From the human T2T-CHM13v2.0 reference genome, Homo sapiens, in NCBI RefSeq assembly GCF_009914755.1, contig NC_060930.1: a stretch of 64,000 nt of DNA; one strand, written 5' to 3'. Numbering within the stretch: the first letter of the stretch is position 1; the number at the start of each line of letters is the position of its first letter. A model generated the notes under the pieces. The model was not told where the DNA came from. It saw only the letters and a program-made list of their open reading frames with translations, and ran no database searches. This document shows, piece by piece, positions 63,076 through 64,000 of the stretch. A program made the translations under genes and the position numbers.

Positions 63076-63934
63076 GTTGGAACTGTACACCTACTTCACA
63101 TTTTTCAATCAGCAGGGCAAAACCATTTATAGTGTCATGACTATCATTAAGGAAAAGAAAGAGACAGAGACATTGACAGACACACACACGCAAACACACA
63201 CAGAGAGAGAGAGAGAGAGAGAGGGAGAAGGGAGAAGGGAAGGGTAAGAAAAGCAAAGAAAGGGCCAAGCATAGAAAATAGCAGAGTATATATGGTAAAG
63301 GTAAGTAATGTTTCATAAGATAATTGTTTCTATTTTCCATATGTGCTCATATAAACACATACACAACACAGATATGTATGTGTGTATGTTGGATTGTGAC
63401 ATGAAATATATTTTTAGTATGGTCTTGGTCAAAAAAATTGAATGCCACTGCTAATGAATGTTGTGGATCTTTGACATTCCGAAAAAAAAATGCTTAATAT
63501 TAAAATTTTTTTTTTAGAGGTAAGATCTCATTCTGTTGCCCAGGCTGGCATGCAGTGGCACAATCATAGCTCACTGCACGTCAGACTGCTGGGCTGAAGA
63601 GATCCTCCTGCCTCAGCCTCCTGAGTAGTTATATAGGTGCAAGCCACCACACCAGGCTTGAGAGGAAGTTTTCAAGGGAAAGAATGACTTGCAGATCACC
63701 TCCTTCTTGAACTGTCCCTCTTTTCCTCTTTCAGGCAGACACAGGCAGGGTCCCTTAGGCTTTTGCTGTAAGTAATGACAAATTACTGGAGAAGTCAGAT
63801 CCAGAATGTACATATTGTTGCTTTTGATAGTTGCAACTGTACACCTACTTTGCATTTTTCAGACAGCAGGGCAAAACAAATGATAGTCATGACTATCATT
63901 AAGGCAAAGAAAGAGACAGAGACATTGGCAGACA

Positions 63935-63988
<54 letters not shown>

Positions 63989-64000
63989 CAGACAGAGGGA
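63076..64000 (+). repeat. Direct repeat pair (~63076-63230 and 63830-64000+) each ending in (CA)n(GA)n
   Basis: Shared blocks such as AACTGTACACCTACTT, CAGCAGGGCAAAAC, GTCATGACTATCATTAAGG and AAAGAAAGAGACAGAGACATTG; offset about 754 bp. Confidence 0.9.
63505..63657 (-). mobile_element. Alu right arm (AluJ/FRAM)
   Basis: Antisense single arm with T tail. Confidence 0.85.

Overview
Primate (most likely human, chr6q14.1) genomic DNA containing the whole HMGN3 gene (high-mobility-group nucleosome-binding domain 3) on the minus strand. Six coding exons (60234-60248, 40657-40707, 34233-34262, 29270-29320, 27966-28079, 27378-27416) splice with canonical GT-AG, all phase 0, into the 99-aa HMGN3a with the RRSARLSA nucleosome-binding core. 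An internal donor in exon 5 gives the 77-aa HMGN3b. A CpG-island promoter (~59300-60560) probably also drives an overlapping antisense lncRNA (HMGN3-AS1). The rest is intron or intergenic DNA rich in Alu, L1, L2/MIR, MaLR/ERVL LTRs (including a full-length THE1 with TSD) and DNA-transposon fossils. The ORF track contains no additional real genes. The most interesting signals are a ~700-bp C-terminal splicing module able to give at least five different protein tails, a palindromic exon-1 splice donor, a palindromic minisatellite and two local duplications. I see no convincing evidence for a wholly new biological system. Repeat boundaries and subfamilies were called by eye and are approximate.
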